Below are positions 1 through 13,100 of a stretch of 64,000 nucleotides of DNA, in pieces. Below the pieces are notes generated by a model, which saw only the letters and a list, made by a program, of their open reading frames with translations, ran no database searches and had not been told where the DNA came from. Source of the DNA: Eledone cirrhosa (taxonomy: Eukaryota); contig OZ024743.1 of assembly GCA_964016885.1 (NCBI GenBank), positions 132,680,001 to 132,744,000 on the forward strand, in the 5' to 3' direction. Numbering within the stretch: position 1 is the stretch's first letter; each line of letters starts with the position of its first letter. A program made the position numbers and the translations under genes.

Positions 1-339
1 TTGGTGCTTGGTGTTTGGTGTTTGGTGCTTGGTGTTTGGTGTTTGGTGCTTGTTGCTTGGTGCTTGGTGCTTGGCGTTTGGTGCTTGGTGCTTGGTGTTT
101 GGTGCTGGGTGCTGGGTGCTTGGTGTTTGGTGCTTGGTGCTTGGTGCTTGGTGTTTGTTGCTTGGTGCTTGGTGCTTGGTCTTTGGTGCTTGGTGTTTGC
201 TGTTTGGTGCTTGGTGCTTGGTGCTTCGTGTTTGGTGCTTGGTGATTAGTGTTTGGTGCTTGGTGCTTGGGGTTTGGTGTTTGGTGCTTGGTGCTTGGTG
301 TTTGGTGCTTGGTACTTGGTGTTTGGTGCTTGGTGTTTG

Positions 340-460
340 GTGTTTGCTGTTTGGTGTTTGGTGTTTGGTGTTTGGTGTTTGCTGTTTGGTGTCTGCTTTT
401 TGGTGTTTGGTGTTTGCTGTATGGTGTTTGCTGTTTCGTGTTTAGTGTTTGCTGTTTGGT
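340..460 (+). repeat. Example of the recurrent TTGCTGT-rich cassette (TTGCTGT TTGGTGT CTGCTTT TTGGTGT TTGGTGT TTGCTGT ATGGTGT TTGCTGT TTCGTGT)
   Basis: The 'gtctgctttt' landmark occurs at 391, 811, 1405, 2035, 3224, 3803, 4816, 5509 and dozens of further sites up to ~63270, nearly always inside a stretch of T-ending units. Confidence 0.9.
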
Positions 461-3400
461 GTTTGGTGCTTGGTGCCTGGTGTTTGGTGCTTGGTGCTTG
501 GTGCTGGGTGGTTGGTGTTTGGTGCTTGGTGTTTGGTGCTGGGTGCTTGGTGTTTGGTGCTTGGTGCTTGGTGTTTGGTGCTTGGTGTTTGGTGTTTGGA
601 GCTTGGTGCTTGGTGTTTGGTGCTTGGTGCCTGGTGTTTGGTGCTTGGTGCTTAGTGTTTGGTGCTAGATGCTTGGGGTTTGGTGTTTGGTGCTTGGTGT
701 TTGGTGCTTGTTGCTTGGTGTTTGGTGTTTGGTGTTTGGTGCTTGGTGCTTGGTATTTGGTGTTTGATGTTTGCTGTTTGGTGTTTGGTGTTTGGTGTTT
801 GCTGTTTGGTGTCTGCTTTTTGGTGTTTGGTGTTTGCTGTATGTTGTTTGCTGTTTGGTGTTTGGTGTTTGGTATTTGGTGTTTGGTGCTTGGTGCTTGG
901 TGTTTGGTGCTTGGATCTTGGTGTTTGGTGCCTGGTGCTTGGAGTTTGGTGTTTGGTGCTTGTTGCTTGGTGTTTTGTGTTTGGTGTTTGGTTTTTGGTG
1001 CTTGGTGCTTGGTGCTTGGTCCTTGGTGTTTGATGCTGGGTGCTTTGTGTTTGGTGCTTGGTGCTTCGTGCTTGGTGTTTGGTCTTTGCTGCTTGGTGTT
1101 TGGTGCTTGGTGCTTGGTGCTTGGTGTTTTGAGTTTGGTGCTTGGTGCTTGGTGTTTGGTGCTTGGTGCTTGGTGCTTGGTGTTTGTACTTGGTGCTTGG
1201 TGCTTGGTGTTTGGTTCTTGGTTCTTGGTGTTTGGTACTTGGTGCTTGGTGCTTGGTGCTTGGTGTTTGGTGCTTGGTGTTTGGTGCTTGTTGCTTGGTG
1301 TTTGGTGCTTGGTGTTTGGTGTTTGGTGCTTGGTGCTTGGTGTTTGGTGTTTGGTGTTTGCTGTTTGCTGTTTGGTGTTTGGTGTTTGCTGTTTGCTGTT
1401 TGGTGTCTGCTTTTTGGTGTTTGGTGTTTGTTGTTTGGTGTTTGGTCTTTGGTGCTTGGTGTTTGGTGCTTGGTGCTTGGTGTTTGGTGTTTGGTGTTTG
1501 GTGCTTGGTGTTTGGTGTTTGGTGTTTGGTGCTTGGTGCTTGGTGCTTGGTGTTTGGTGTTTGGTGCTTGGTGTCTGGTGCTTGGTGTTTGGTGTTTGGT
1601 GCTTGGTGTTTGGTGTTTGGTGTTTGGTGCTTGGTGCTTGGTGCTTGGTGTTTGGTGCTTGGTGTTTGGTGTTTGGTCCTTGTTGCTTGGTGCTTGGTGC
1701 TTGGTGTTTGGTGCTTGATGCTTGGTGTTTGGTGCTGGGTGCTGGGTGCTTGGTGTTTGGTGCTTGGTGCTTGGTGCTTGGTGTTTGGTGCTTGGTGCTT
1801 GGTGCTTGGTCTTTGGTGCTTGGTGTTTGGTGTTTGGTGCTTGGTGCTTGGTGCTTGGTGATTGGTGCTTGGTGATTAGTGTTTGGTACTTGGTGCTTGG
1901 GGTTTGGTGTTTGGTGCTTGGCGCTTGGTGTTTGGTGCTTGGTACTTGGTGTTTGGTGCTTGGTGTTTGGTGTTTGCTGTTTGGTGTTTGGTGTTTGGTG
2001 TTTGGTGTTTGGTGTTTGGTGTTTGCTGTTTGGTGTCTGCTTTTTGGTGTTTGGTGTTTGCTGTATGGTGTTTGCTGTTTCGCGTTTGGTGTTTGCTGTT
2101 TGGTGTTTGCTGTTTGGTGTTTGGTCTTTGGTGCTTGGTGTTTGGTGCTTGGTGCTTGGTGTTTGGTGTTTGGTGCTTGGTGTTTGGTGTTTGGTGTTTG
2201 GTGCTTGGTGTTTGGTGTTTGGTGCCTGGTGTTTGGTGCTGGGTGCTTGGTGTTTAGTGCTTGGCGCTTGGTGCTTGGTGTTTCGTGTTTGGTGATTGGT
2301 GCTTGTTGTTTGGTGTTATATGCTTGGTGTTTGATGCTTGGTGCTTGGTGCTTGGTGTTTGGTGCTTGGTGCTTGGTGTTTGTACTTGGTGCTTGGTGCT
2401 TGGTTCTTGGTGTTTGGTGCTTGGTGTTTGGTGCTTGGTGCTTTGTGTTTGGTGCTTGGTGTTTGGTGCTTCGTGTTTGGTGCTTGGTGCCTGGTGCTTG
2501 GTGCTTGGTGCTTGGTGTTTGGTGCTTGGTGTTTGGTGCTTGGTGTTAGGTGTTTGATGCTTGGTGCTTGGTGTTTGGTGCTTGGTGTTTTGTGCTTGGT
2601 GCTTGGTGTTTGGTGTTTGGTGCTTGGTGTTTGGTGCTTGCTACTTGGTGCTTGGTGCTTGGTGTTAGGTGTTTGGTGCTTGGTGCTTGGTGTTTGGTTT
2701 TTGGTGCTTGGTGCTTGGTGTTTGGTGTTTGGTGCTTGCTGCTGGCTGCTTGGTGATTGGTGCTTGGTGTTTAGTGCTTGGTGTTTGGTGTTTGGTGCTA
2801 GGTGCTTGGTGCTTGGTGTTTGGTGCTTGGTGCTTGGTGTTTGGTGTTTGGTGTTTGGTGCTTGGTGCTTGGTGTTTGGTGCTTGGTGCTTGGTGCTGGG
2901 TGGTTGGTGTTTGGTGCTTGGTGTTTGGTGCTTGGTGCTTGGTGTTTGGTGCTTGGTGCTTGGTGCTTGGTGCTTGGTGTTTGGTGTTTGGTGCTTGGTG
3001 CTTGGTGTTTGGTGCTTGGTGCTTGGTGTTTGGTGCTTGGTGCTTCGTGTTTGGTGCTAGGTGCTTGGGGTTTGGTGTTTGGTGCTTGGTGTTTGGTGTT
3101 TGGTGTTTGGTGCTTGGTGCTTGGTATTTGGTGTTTGCTGTTTGCTGTTTGGTGTTTGTTGTTTGGTGTTTGTTGTTTGGTGTTTGCTGTTTGGTGTTTG
3201 GTGTTTGGTGTTTGCTGTTTGGTGTCTGCTTTTTGGTGTTTGGTGTTTGCTGTATGTTGTTTGCTGTTTGGTTTTTGGTGTTTGGTGCTTGGTGTTTGGT
3301 ACTTGGTGCTTGGTGTTTGGTGCTTGTTGCTTGGTGTTTGGTGCCTGGTGCTTGGTGCTTGGTGTTTGGTGTTTGGTGTTGGTGCTTGGTGTTTTGTGTT

Positions 3401-4009
3401 TGGTTTTTGGTGCTTGGTGCTTGGTGCTTGGTCCTTGGTGTTTGGTGCTGGGTGCTTTGTGTTTGGTGCTTGGTGCTTTGTGCTTGGTGTTTGGTGTTTG
3501 CTGCTTGGTGTTTGGTGCTTGGTGCTTGATGCTTGGTGTTTTGTGTTTGGTGCTTGGTGCTTGGTGTTTGGTGCTTGGTGCTTGGTGCTAGGTGTTTGTA
3601 CTTGGTGCTTGGTGTTTGGTTCTTGGTTCTTGGTGTTTGGTACTTGGTGCTTGGTGCTTGGTGCTTGGTGTTCGGTGCTTGGTGTTTGGTGCTTGGTGCT
3701 TGGTGTTTGGTGCTTGGTGTTTGGTGTTTGGTGCTTGGTGCTTGGTGTTTGCTGTTTGCTGTTTGCTGTTTGGTGTTTGGTGTTTGCTATTTGCTGTTTG
3801 GTGTCTGCTTTTTGGTGTTTGGTGTTTGCTGTATGGTGTTTGCTGTTTGGTGTTTGGTGTTTGCTGTTTGGTGTTTGGTCTTTGGTGCTTGGTGTTTGGT
3901 GCTTGGTGCTTGGTGTTTGGTGTCTGGTGCTTGGTGCTTGGTGTTTGCTGTTTGGTGCTTGGTGCTTGGTGTTTGGTGTTTGGTGCTTGGTGTCAGGTGC
4001 CTGGTGTTT

Positions 4010-7000
4010 GGTGTTTGCTGTATGTTGTTTGCTGTTTGGTGTTTGGTGTTTGGTATTTGGTGTTTGGTGCTTGGTGCTTGGTGTTTGGTGCTTGGTGCTT
4101 GGTGTTTGGTGCCTGGTGCTTGGTGCTTGTTGTTTGGTGTCTGGTGCTTGGTGCTTGGTGCTTGGAGTTTGGTGTTTGGTGCTTGTTGCTTGGTGTTTTG
4201 TGTTTGGTGTTTGGTTTTTGGTGCTTGGTGCTTGGTGCTTGGTCCTTGGTGTTTGGTGCTGCGTGCTTTGTGTTTGGTGCTTGGTGCTTTGTGCTTGGTG
4301 TTTGGTGTTTGCTGCTTGGTGTTTGGTGCTTGGTGCTTGGTGCTTGGTGTTTTGTGTTTGGTGCTTGGTGCTTGGTGTTTGGTGCTTGGTGCTTGGTGCT
4401 TGGTGTTTGTACTTGGTGCTTGGTGCTTGGTGTTTGGTTCTTGGTTCTTGGTGTTTGGTACTTGGTGCTTGGTGCTTGGTGCTTGGTGTTTGGTGCTTGG
4501 TGTTTGGTGCTTGGTGCTTGGTGCTTGGTGCTTGGTCCTTGGTGTTTGGTGCTGCGTGCTTTGTGTTTGGTGCTTGGTGCTTTGTGCTTGGTGTTTGGTG
4601 TTTGCTGCTTGGTGTTTGGTGCTTGGTGCTTGGTGCTTGGTGTTTTGTGTTTGGTGCTTGGTGCTTGGTGTTTGGTGCTTGGTGCTTGGTGCTTGGTGTT
4701 TGTACTTGGTGCTTGGTGCTTGGTGTTTGGTGTTTGGTGCTGGGTGCTGGGTGCTTGGTGTTTGGTGTTTGCTGTTTGCTGTTTGGTGTTTGGTGTTTGC
4801 TGTTTGCTGTTTGGTGTCTGCTTTTTGGTGTTTGGAGTTTGGTGTTTGGTGCTTGTTGCTTGGTGTTTTGTGTTTGGTGTTTGGTTTTTGGTGCTTGGTG
4901 TTTGGTTCTTGGTTCTTGGTGTTTGGTACTTGGTGCTTGGTGCTTGGTGCTTGGTGTTTGGTGCTTGGTGCTTGGTGTTTGGTGTTTGGTGCTTGGTGCT
5001 TGGTGTTTGGTGTTTGGTGCTTGGTGCTTGGTGTCTGGTGCTTGGTGCTTGGTGCTTGGTGTTTGGTGTTTGGTGTTTGGTGCTTGGTGCTTGGTGCTTG
5101 GTGTTTGGTGCTTGGTGTTTGGCGTTTGGTGCTTGTTGCTTGCTGCTTGGTGCTTGGTGTTTGGTGCTTGGTGCTTGGTGTTTGGTGCTGGGTGCTGGGT
5201 GCTTGGTGTTTGGTGCTTGGTGCTTGGTGTTTGGTGCTTGGTGCTTGGTGCTTGGTCTTTGGTGCTTGGTGTTTGGTGTTTTGTGCTTGGTGCTTGGTGC
5301 TTGGTGTTTGGTGCTTGGTGCTTGGTGTTTGGTGCTTGGTGCTTGGTGTTTGGTGCTTGGTGATTAGTGTTTGGTGCTTGGTGCTTGGGGTTTGGTGTTT
5401 GGTGCTTGGTGCTTGGTGTTTGGTGCTTGGTACTTGGTGTTTGGTGCTTGGTGTTTGGTGTTTGCTGTTTGGTGTTTGGTGTTTGGTGTTTGATGTTTGC
5501 TGTTTGGTGTCTGCTTTTTGGTGTTTGGTGTTTGCTGTATGGTGTTTGCTGTTTCGTGTTTGGTGTTTGCTGTTTGGTGTTTGGTGTTTGCTGTTTGGTG
5601 TTTGGTCTTTGGTGCTTGGTGTTTGGTGCTTGGTGTTTGGTGTTTGGTGCTTGGTGCTTGGTGTTTGGTATTTGGTGCTTGGTGCTTGGTGCTTGGTGTT
5701 TGGTGTTTGGTGCTTGGTGCTTGGTGCTTGTTGTTTGGTGCTTGGTGCTTGGTGTTTGGTGCTGGGTGCTTGGTGTTTGGTGCTTGGTGCTTGGTGCTTG
5801 GTGTTTGGTGCTGGGTGCTTGGTGTTTGGTGTTTGGTGTTATATGCTTGGTGTTTGATGCTTGGTGCTTGGTGCTTGTTGTTTGGTGTTTGGTGCTTGGT
5901 GTTTGATGCTTGGTGTTTGATGCTTGGTGCTTGGTGCTTGGTGTTTGGTGCTTGGAGCTTGGTGTTTGTACTTGGTGCTTGGTGCTTGGTTCTTTGTGTT
6001 TGGTGCTTGGTGCTTGGTGCTTGGTGCTTTGTGTTTGGTGCTTGGTGTTTGGTGCTTGGTGTCTGGTGCTTGGTGCCTGGTGCTTTGGTGCTTGGTGCTT
6101 GGTGTTTGGTGCTTGGTGTTTGGTGCTTGGTGTTAGGTGTTTTGTGCTTGGTGCTTGGTGTTTGGTGTTTGGTGCTTGGTGTTTGGTGCTTGGTGCTTGG
6201 TGTTTGGTGTTTGGTGCTTGGTGTTTGGTGCTTGGTACTTGGTGCTTGGTGCTTGGTGTTAGGTGTTTGGTGCTTGGTGTTTGGTTTTTGGTGCTTGGTG
6301 CTTGGTGTTTGGTGTTTGGTGCTTGCTGCTGGCTGCTTGGTGCTTGGTGATTGGGGCTTGGTGTTTGGTGCTTGGTGTTTGGTGTTTGGTTCTAGGTGCT
6401 TGGTGCTTGGTGTTTGGTGCTTGGTGTTTGGTGTTTGGTGTTTGGTGCTTGGTGCTTGGTGTTTGGTGCTTGGTGCTGGGTGGTTGGTGTTTGGTGCTTG
6501 GTGTTTGGTGCTGGGTGCTTGGTGTTTGGTGCTTGGTGCTTGGTCTTTGGTGCTTGGTGTTTGGTGTTTGGTGCTTGCTGCTTGGTGTTTGGTTCTTGGT
6601 GCTTGGTGTTTGGTGCTTGGTGCTTAGTGTTTGGTGCTAGGTGCTTGGGGTTTGGTGTTTGGTGCTTGGTGTTTGGTGCTTGGTGCTTGGTGTTTGGTGT
6701 TTGGTGTTTGGTGCTTGGTGCTTGGTATTTGGTGTTTGCTGTTTACTGTTTGGTGTTTGTCGTTTGGTGTTTGTTGTTTGGTGTTTGTTGTTTGGTGTTT
6801 GTTGTTTGGTGTTTGCTGTTTGGTGTTTGGTGTTTGTTGTTTGGTGTTTGCTGTTTGGTGTCTGCTTTTTGGTGTTTGGTGTTTGCTGTATGTTGTTTGC
6901 TGTTTGGTGCTTGGTGTTTGGTATTTGGTGTTTGGTGCTTGGTGCTTGGTGTTTGGTGCTTGGTGCTTGGTGTTTGGTGCCTGGTGCTTGGTGCTTGGTG

Positions 7001-10000
7001 TTTGGTGTTTGGTGCTTGGTGCTTGGTGCTTGGAGTTTGGTGTTTGCTGCTTGTTGCTTGGTGTTTTGTGTTTGGTGTTTGGTTTTTGGTGCTTGGTGCT
7101 TGGTGCTTGGTCCTTGGTGTTTGGTGCTGCGTGCTTTGTGTTTGGTGCTTGGTGCTTTGTGCTTGGTGTTTGGTGTTTGCTGCTTGGTGTTTGGTGCTTG
7201 GTGCTTGGTGCTTGGTGTTTTGTGTTTGGTGCTTGGTGCTTGGTGTTTGGTGCTTGGTGCTTGGTGCTTGGTGTTTGTACTTGGTGCTTGGTGCTTGGTG
7301 TTTGGTTCTTGGTTCTTGGTGTTTGGTACTTGGTGCTTGGTGCTTGGTGCTTGGTGTTTGGTGCTTGGTGTTTGGTGCTTGGTGCTTGGTGCTTGGTGCT
7401 TGGTCCTTGGTGTTTGGTGCTGCGTGCTTTGTGTTTGGTGCTTGGTGCTTTGTGCTTGGTGTTTGGTGTTTGCTGCTTGGTGTTTGGTGCTTGGTGCTTG
7501 GTGCTTGGTGTTTTGTGTTTGGTGCTTGGTGCTTGGTGTTTGGTGCTTGGTGCTTGGTGCTTGGTGTTTGTACTTGGTGCTTGGTGCTTGGTGTTTGGTG
7601 TTTGGTGCTGGGTGCTGGGTGCTTGGTGTTTGGTGTTTGCTGTTTGCTGTTTGGTGTTTGGTGTTTGCTGTTTGCTGTTTGGTGTCTGCTTTTTGGTGTT
7701 TGGAGTTTGGTGTTTGGTGCTTGTTGCTTGGTGTTTTGTGTTTGGTGTTTGGTTTTTGGTGCTTGGTGTTTGGTTCTTGGTTCTTGGTGTTTGGTACTTG
7801 GTGCTTGGTGCTTGGTGCTTGGTGTTTGGTGCTTGGTGCTTGGTGTTTGGTGTTTGGTGCTTGGTGCTTGGTGTTTGGTGTTTGGTGCTTGGTGCTTGGT
7901 GTCTGGTGCTTGGTGCTTGGTGCTTGGTGTTTGGTGTTTGGTGTTTGGTGCTTGGTGCTTGGTGCTTGGTGTTTGGTGCTTGGTGTTTGGCGTTTGGTGC
8001 TTGTTGCTTGCTGCTTGGTGCTTGGTGTTTGGTGCTTGGTGCTTGGTGTTTGGTGCTGGGTGCTGGGTGCTTGGTGTTTGGTGCTTGGTGCTTGGTGTTT
8101 GGTGCTTGGTGCTTGGTGCTTGGTCTTTGGTGCTTGGTGTTTGGTGTTTGGTGCTTGGTGCTTGGTGCTTGGTGTTTGGTGCTTGGTGCTTGGTGTTTGG
8201 TGCTTGGTGCTTGGTGTTTGGTGCTTGGTGATTAGTGTTTGGTGCTTGGTGCTTGGGGTTTGGTGTTTGGTGCTTGGTGCTTGGTGTTTGGTGCTTGGTA
8301 CTTGGTGTTTGGTGCTTGGTGTTTGGTGTTTGCTGTTTGGTGTTTGGTGTTTGGTGTTTGATGTTTGCTGTTTGGTGTCTGCTTTTTGGTGTTTGGTGTT
8401 TGCTGTATGGTGTTTGCTGTTTCGTGTTTGGTGTTTGCTGTTTGGTGTTTGGTGTTTGCTGTTTGGTGTTTGGTCTTTGGTGCTTGGTGTTTGGTGCTTG
8501 GTGTTTGGTGTTTGGTGCTTGGTGCTTGGTGTTTGGTATTTGGTGCTTGGTGCTTGGTGCTTGGTGTTTGGTGTTTGGTGCTTGGTGCTTGGTGCTTGGT
8601 GTTTGGTGCTTGGTGCTTGGTGTTTGGTGCTGGGTGCTTGGTGTTTGGTGCTTGGTGCTTGGTGCTTGGTGTTTGGTGCTGGGTGCTTGGTGTTTGGTGT
8701 TTGGTGTTATATGCTTGGTGTTTGATGCTTGGTGCTTGGTGCTTGTTGTTTGGTGTTTGGTGCTTGGTGTTTGATGCTTGGTGTTTGATGCTTGGTGCTT
8801 GGTGCTTGGTGTTTGGTGCTTGGAGCTTGGTGTTTGTACTTGGTGCTTGGTGCTTGGTTCTTTGTGTTTGGTGCTTGGTGCTTGGTGCTTGGTGCTTTGT
8901 GTTTGGTGCTTGGTGTTTGGTGCTTGGTGTTTGGTGCTTGGTGCCTGGTGCTTTGGTGCTTGGTGCTTGGTGTTTGGTGCTTGGTGTTTGGTGCTTGGTG
9001 TTAGGTGTTTTGTGCTTGGTGCTTGGTGTTTGGTGTTTGGTGCTTGGTGTTTGGTGCTTGGTGCTTGGTGTTTGGTGTTTGGTGCTTGGTGTTTGGTGCT
9101 TGGTACTTGGTGCTTGGTGCTTGGTGTTAGGTGTTTGGTGCTTGGTGTTTGGTTTTTGGTGCTTGGTGCTTGGTGTTTGGTGTTTGGTGCTTGCTGCTGG
9201 CTGCTTGGTGCTTGGTGATTGGGGCTTGGTGTTTGGTGCTTGGTGTTTGGTGTTTGGTTCTAGGTGCTTGGTGCTTGGTGTTTGGTGCTTGGTGTTTGGT
9301 GTTTGGTGTTTGGTGCTTGGTGCTTGGTGTTTGGTGCTTGGTGCTGGGTGGTTGGTGTTTGGTGCTTGGTGTTTGGTGCTGGGTGCTTGGTGTTTGGTGC
9401 TTGGTGCTTGGTCTTTGGTGCTTGGTGTTTGGTGTTTGGTGCTTGCTGCTTGGTGTTTGGTTCTTGGTGCTTGGTGTTTGGTGCTTGGTGCTTAGTGTTT
9501 GGTGCTAGGTGCTTGGGGTTTGGTGTTTGGTGCTTGGTGTTTGGTGCTTGGTGCTTGGTGTTTGGTGTTTGGTGTTTGGTGCTTGGTGCTTGGTATTTGG
9601 TGTTTGCTGTTTACTGTTTGGTGTTTGTTGTTTGGTGTTTGTTGTTTGGTGTTTGTTGTTTGGTGTTTGTTGTTTGGTGTTTGCTGTTTGGTGTTTGGTG
9701 TTTGTTGTTTGGTGTTTGCTGTTTGGTGTCTGCTTTTTGGTGTTTGGTGTTTGCTGTATGTTGTTTGCTGTTTGGTGCTTGGTGTTTGGTATTTGGTGTT
9801 TGGTGCTTGGTGCTTGGTGTTTGGTGCTTGGTGCTTGGTGTTTGGTGCCTGGTGCTTGGTGCTTGGTGTTTGGTGTTTGGTGCTTGGTGCTTGGTGCTTG
9901 GAGTTTGGTGTTTGCTGCTTGTTGCTTGGTGTTTTGTGTTTGGTGTTTGGTTTTTGGTGCTTGGTGCTTGGTGCTTGGTCCTTGGTGTTTGGTGCTGGGT

Positions 10001-10100
10001 GCTTTGTGTTTGGTGCTCGGTGCTTCGTGCTTGGTGTTTGGTGTTTGCTGCTTGGTGTTTGGTGCTTGGTGCTTGGTGCTTGGTGTTTTGTGTTTGGTGC
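4010..10100 (+). repeat. Higher-order tandem duplication, period 2868 bp (~2.1 copies)
   Basis: ORF pairs offset by exactly 2868: 5367/8235, 5497/8365, 5910/8778, 6263/9131, 6396/9264, 6631/9499. Landmarks agree: TATATGC at 5840/8708 and 'tatgttgtttgc' at 4021/6889. 2868 = 410x7 - 2, matching three 6-bp TTGTAC units and one +1 insertion in the unit. Confidence 0.93.
4217..4730 (+). repeat. Internal 293-bp duplication (second copy partial); recurs at ~7085-7600
   Basis: 'ggtcc ttggtgt ttggtgc tgcgtgc tttgtgt' at 4241 and 4534; TTGTAC at 4407 and 4700 (offset 293 = 42x7 - 1). Confidence 0.85.
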
Positions 10101-13100
10101 TTGGTGATTGGTGTTTGTACTTGGTGCTTGGTGCTTGGTGTTTGGTTCTTGGTTCTTGGTGTTTGGTACTTGGTGCTTGCTGCTTGGTGCTTGGTGTTTG
10201 GTGCTTGGTGTTTGGTGCTTGGTGCTTGGTGTTTGGTGCTTGGTGTTTGGTGTTTGGTGCTTGGTGCTTGGTGTTTGGTGTTTGGTGTTTGCTGTTTGCT
10301 GTTTGCTCTTTGGTGTCTGCTTTTTGGTGTTTGGTGTTTGCTGTATGGTGTTTGCTGTTTCGTGTTTGGTGTTTGCTGTTTGGTGTTTGGTCTTTGGTGC
10401 TTGGTGTTTGGTGCTTGGTGCTTGGTGTTTGGTGTTTGGTGCTTGGTGCTTGGTGTTTGGTGTTTGGTGCTTGGTGCTTGGTGCTTGGTATTTGGTGTTT
10501 GGTGCTTGGTGTCTGGTGCTTGGTGTTTGGTGCTTGGTGTTTGGTGTTTGGTGTTTGGTGCTTGGTGCTTGGTATTTGGTGTTTGGTGCTTGGTGTCTGG
10601 TGCTTGGTGTTTGGTGTCTGCTTTTTGGTTTTTGCTGTTTGGTGCTTGGTGCTTGGTGTTTGGTGTTTGGTGTTTGGTGTTTGGTGTTTGCTGTTTGGTG
10701 TCTGCTTTTTGGTGGTTTGGTGTTTGCTGTATGGTGTTTGCTGTTTCGTGTTTGGTGTTTGCTGTTTGGTGTTTGGTGTTTGCTGTTTGGTGTTTGGTCT
10801 TTGGTGCTTGGTGTTTGGTGCTTGGTGTTTGGTGTTTGGTGCTTGGTGCTTGGTGTTTGGTATTTGGTGCTTGGTGCTTGGTGCTTGGTGTTTGGTGTTT
10901 GGTGCTTGGTGCTTGGTGCTTGGTGTTTGGTGCTTGGTGCTTGGTGTTTGGTGCTGGGTGCTTGGTGTTTGGTGCTTGGTGCTTGGTGCTTGGTGTTTGG
11001 TGCTGGGTGCTTGGTGTTTGGTGTTTGGTGTTATATGCTTGGTGTTTGATGCTTGGTGCTTGGTGCTTGTTGTTTGGTGTTTGGTGCTTGGTGTTTGATG
11101 CTTGGTGTTTGATGCTTGGTGCTTGGTGCTTGGTGCATGGTGCTTGGTGTTTGGTGCTTGGTGTTTGGTGCTTGGTGTTAGGTGTTTGGTGCTTGGTGCT
11201 TGGTGTTTGGTGTTTGGTGCTTGGTGTTTGGTGCTTGGTGCTTGGTGTTTGGTGTTTGGTGCTTGGTGTTTGGTGCTTGCTACGTGGTGCTTGGTGCTTG
11301 GTGTTAGGTGTTTGGTGCTTGGTGCGTGGTGTTTGGTTTTTGGTGCTTGGTGCTTGGTGTTTGGTGTTTGGTGCTTGCTGCTGGCTGCTTGGTGTTTGGT
11401 GCTTGGTGATTGGTGCTTGGTGTTTGGTGCTTGGTGTTTGGTGTTTGGTGCTAGGTGCTTGGTGCTTGGTGTTTGGTGCTTGGTGCTTGGTGTTTGGTGT
11501 TTGGTGCTTTGTGCATGGTGTTTGGTGCTTGGTGCTGGGTGGTTGGTGTTTGGTGCTTGGTGTTTGGTGCTGGGTGCTTGGTGTTTGGTGCTTGGTGCTT
11601 GGTGCTTGGTCTTTGGTGCTTGGTGTTTGGTGTTTGGTGCTTGGTGCTTGGTGCTTGGTGTTTGGTGCTTGGTGCTTGGCGTTTGGTGCTTGGTGCTTAG
11701 TGTTTGGTGCTAGGTGCTTGGGGTTTGGTGTTTGGTGCTTGGTGCTTGGTGTTTGGTGCTTGGTGCTTGGTGCTTGGTCTTTGGTGTTTGGTGTTTAGTG
11801 CTTGGTGCTTGGTGCTTGGTGTTTGGTGCTTGGTGCTTGGTGCATTGTGATTAGTGTTTGGTGCTTGGTGCTTGGGGTTTGGTGTTTGGTGCTTGGTGCT
11901 TGGTATTTGGTGCTTGGTACTTGGTGTTTGGTGCTTGGTGTTTGCTGTTTGCCGTTTGCTGTTTTTGGTGTTTGCTGTTTGCTGTTTGGTGTCTGCTTTT
12001 TGGTGTTTGGTGTTTGCTCTATGGTGTTTGCTGTTTCATGTTTGGTGTTTGCTGTTTGGTGTTTGGTGTTTGCTGTTTGGTGTTTGGTCTTTGGTGCTTG
12101 GTCTTTGGTGCTTGGTGTTTGGTGCTTGGTGCTTGGTGTTTGGTGTTTGGTGCTTGGTGCCTGGTGCTTGTTGTTTGGTGATTGGTGCTTGGTGTTTGCT
12201 GTTTGGTCTTTGGTGTTTGGTGTTTGCTGTTTGGTGTTTGGTGCTTGGTGCTTGGTGCTTGGTGTTTGGTGCTTGGTGCTTGGTGTTTGGTGCTTGGTGC
12301 TTGGTGTTTGGTGCTTGGTGCCTGGTGCTTGTTGTTTGGTGATTGGTGCTTGGTGTTTGCTGTTTGGTGTTTGGTGCTTGGTGTTTGATGCTTGGTGCTT
12401 GGTGCTTGGTGTTTGGTGTTTGCTGTTTGCTGTTTGCTGTTTGGTGCTTGGTGCTTGGTGCTTGGTGTTTGGTGCTTGGTGTTTGGTGCTTGGTGCTTGA
12501 TGGTTGGTGTTTGTACTTGGTGTTTGGTGCTTGGTGTTTTGTGCTTGATTCTTGGTGTTTGGTGCTAGGTGTTTGCTGCTTAGTGCTTGGTGTTTGGTGT
12601 TTGGTGCTTGGTGTTTGGTGCTTGGTGCTTGGTGCTTGGTGTTAGGTATTTGGTGCTTGGTGTTTGGTGTTTGGTGCTTCATGCTTGGTGCTTGGTGTTT
12701 GGTCTTTGGTGCTTGGTCTTTGGTGCTTGGTGTTTGGTGCTTGGTGCTTGGTGTTTGGTGTTTGGTGCTTGGTGCCTGGTGCTTGTTGTTTGGTGATTGG
12801 TGCTTGGTGTTTGCTGTTTGGTGTTTGGTGTTTGGTGTTTGCTGTTTTGTGTTTGGTGCTTGGTGCTTGGTGTTTGGTGTTTGGTGCTTGGTGCTTGGTG
12901 TTTGGTGCTTGGTGCTTGATGCTTGGTGTTTGTACTTGGTGCTTGGTGCTTGGTGTTTCGTGCTTGATTCTTGGTGTTTGGTGCTTGGTGTTTGGTGCTT
13001 AGTGCTTGGTGTTTGGTGTTTGGTGCTTGGTGTTTGGTGCTTGGTGCTTGGTGCTTGGTGTTAGGTGTTTGGTGCTTGGTGTTTGGTGCTTGGTGCTTGG

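Noticed and set aside
2311-2325. 'TTATATG' as a TATA or -10 promoter element (also 5840, 8708, 11032, 18809, 25745)
   Set aside because: It is an in-register variant unit (TATATGC) propagated by duplication, with no downstream gene or other promoter context.
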